Below are positions 41,201 through 41,408 of a stretch of 41,408 nt of DNA, in pieces. The DNA lies in the NCBI GenBank assembly GCA_964519075.1, contig CAZFJJ010000001.1, positions 1 through 41,408 on the forward strand, written 5' to 3'. The notes below the pieces were generated by a model. It was not told the origin of the DNA. It searched no databases and worked only from the letters and a program-made list of their open reading frames with translations. Origin of the DNA: an uncultured Lachnospiraceae bacterium. Lineage in GTDB: Bacteria; Bacillota; Clostridia; Oscillospirales; CAG-272. The position numbers and the translations under genes are program-made. The first letter of the stretch is position 1. Each line of letters opens with the position of its first letter.

Positions 41201-41316
41201 AACGCAAGACGTTACATACCAATATTTAATAGTTTTGCTAAATTTATCAAAATATATGATATTTCCGGTTAACTCACCCGCAATCACAGGACGAAACAGA
41301 AAGAAAGAGGAAGAAC

Positions 41317-41408
41317 ATGAAGGTTATCAAGCGCGACGGCTCTACCGTCGATTTTGACCGTAGCAAGATCGTGATCGCTATCCGCAAGGCCAACGAAGCA
41401 GTCGAGCC
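41317..41408 (+). CDS. nrdD: Ribonucleotide reductase N-terminal ATP-cone, probably the anaerobic class III large subunit. 5' partial; continues right of the window.
   Basis: MKVIKRDGSTVDFDRSKIVIAIRKANEAVE is a canonical ATP-cone start. NrdR boxes lie upstream and there is an AGAGGA RBS. The class assignment rests on the anaerobe context. Confidence 0.7.
   Translation, partial: MKVIKRDGSTVDFDRSKIVIAIRKANEAVE

Noticed and set aside
41024-41272. 82-aa ORF in the nrd upstream region.
   Set aside because: It spans the terminator, the NrdR boxes and the promoter. It is AT-rich, low-complexity and has no RBS.

Overview
This 41.4 kb chromosomal window has about 55-60% GC and dense, short-spaced operons. 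Gene content suggests a strictly anaerobic Firmicute, probably a gut Clostridia/Oscillospiraceae-like organism; that placement is an inference. I support about 40 CDSs. Left to right they are:
- xth (partial) and a low-GC orphan gene.
- An O2/ROS detoxification operon: trxA, trxB, a desulfoferrodoxin fused to a BFD-type 2Fe-2S domain, and a flavodiiron protein fused to rubredoxin.
- An intracellular GH16 and two convergent low-GC orphan genes.
- A membrane metallophosphoesterase.
- A Crp/Fnr regulator divergent from an unusual Fe-S gene pair, followed by a TIGR04076-like gene.
- A truncated class C group II intron sitting right behind a terminator.
- An SGNH-hydrolase lipoprotein.
- Phage debris: a BppU-like tail/receptor protein and a holin plus CHAP endolysin, interrupted by an ECF S-component gene with a long leader.
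- nadK-nnr.
- GH42 beta-galactosidase divergent from a large uncharacterised GH-like protein.
- Citrate synthase.
- An ABC/DUF1854/ABC exporter operon with unusual N-terminal domains, and an AraC regulator.
- An aminotransferase and a DUF2079-like membrane protein.
- An alpha/beta-hydrolase lacking its nucleophile serine.
- A DEDDh exonuclease-BRCT fusion and a thioesterase.
- A CBM32-like lipoprotein, nahK, and a GH43 lipoprotein.
- The 5' end of an ATP-cone ribonucleotide reductase preceded by two pairs of NrdR boxes.

I found no rRNA, tRNA, CRISPR array, intact prophage or recognisable canonical defence system. The best candidates for something undescribed are:
- the Crp/Fnr-controlled Fe-S module (8.3-10.7 kb);
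- the ABC-DUF1854-ABC operon with PH-like/zinc-ribbon N-termini;
- the promoterless holin-endolysin pair butted against the nnr terminator;
- the unclassified structured leader of the ECF S-component gene;
- the low-GC cassette bracketed by a ghost copy of the phosphoesterase 3' end.

All family assignments come from reading motifs by eye. None has been checked against a database.
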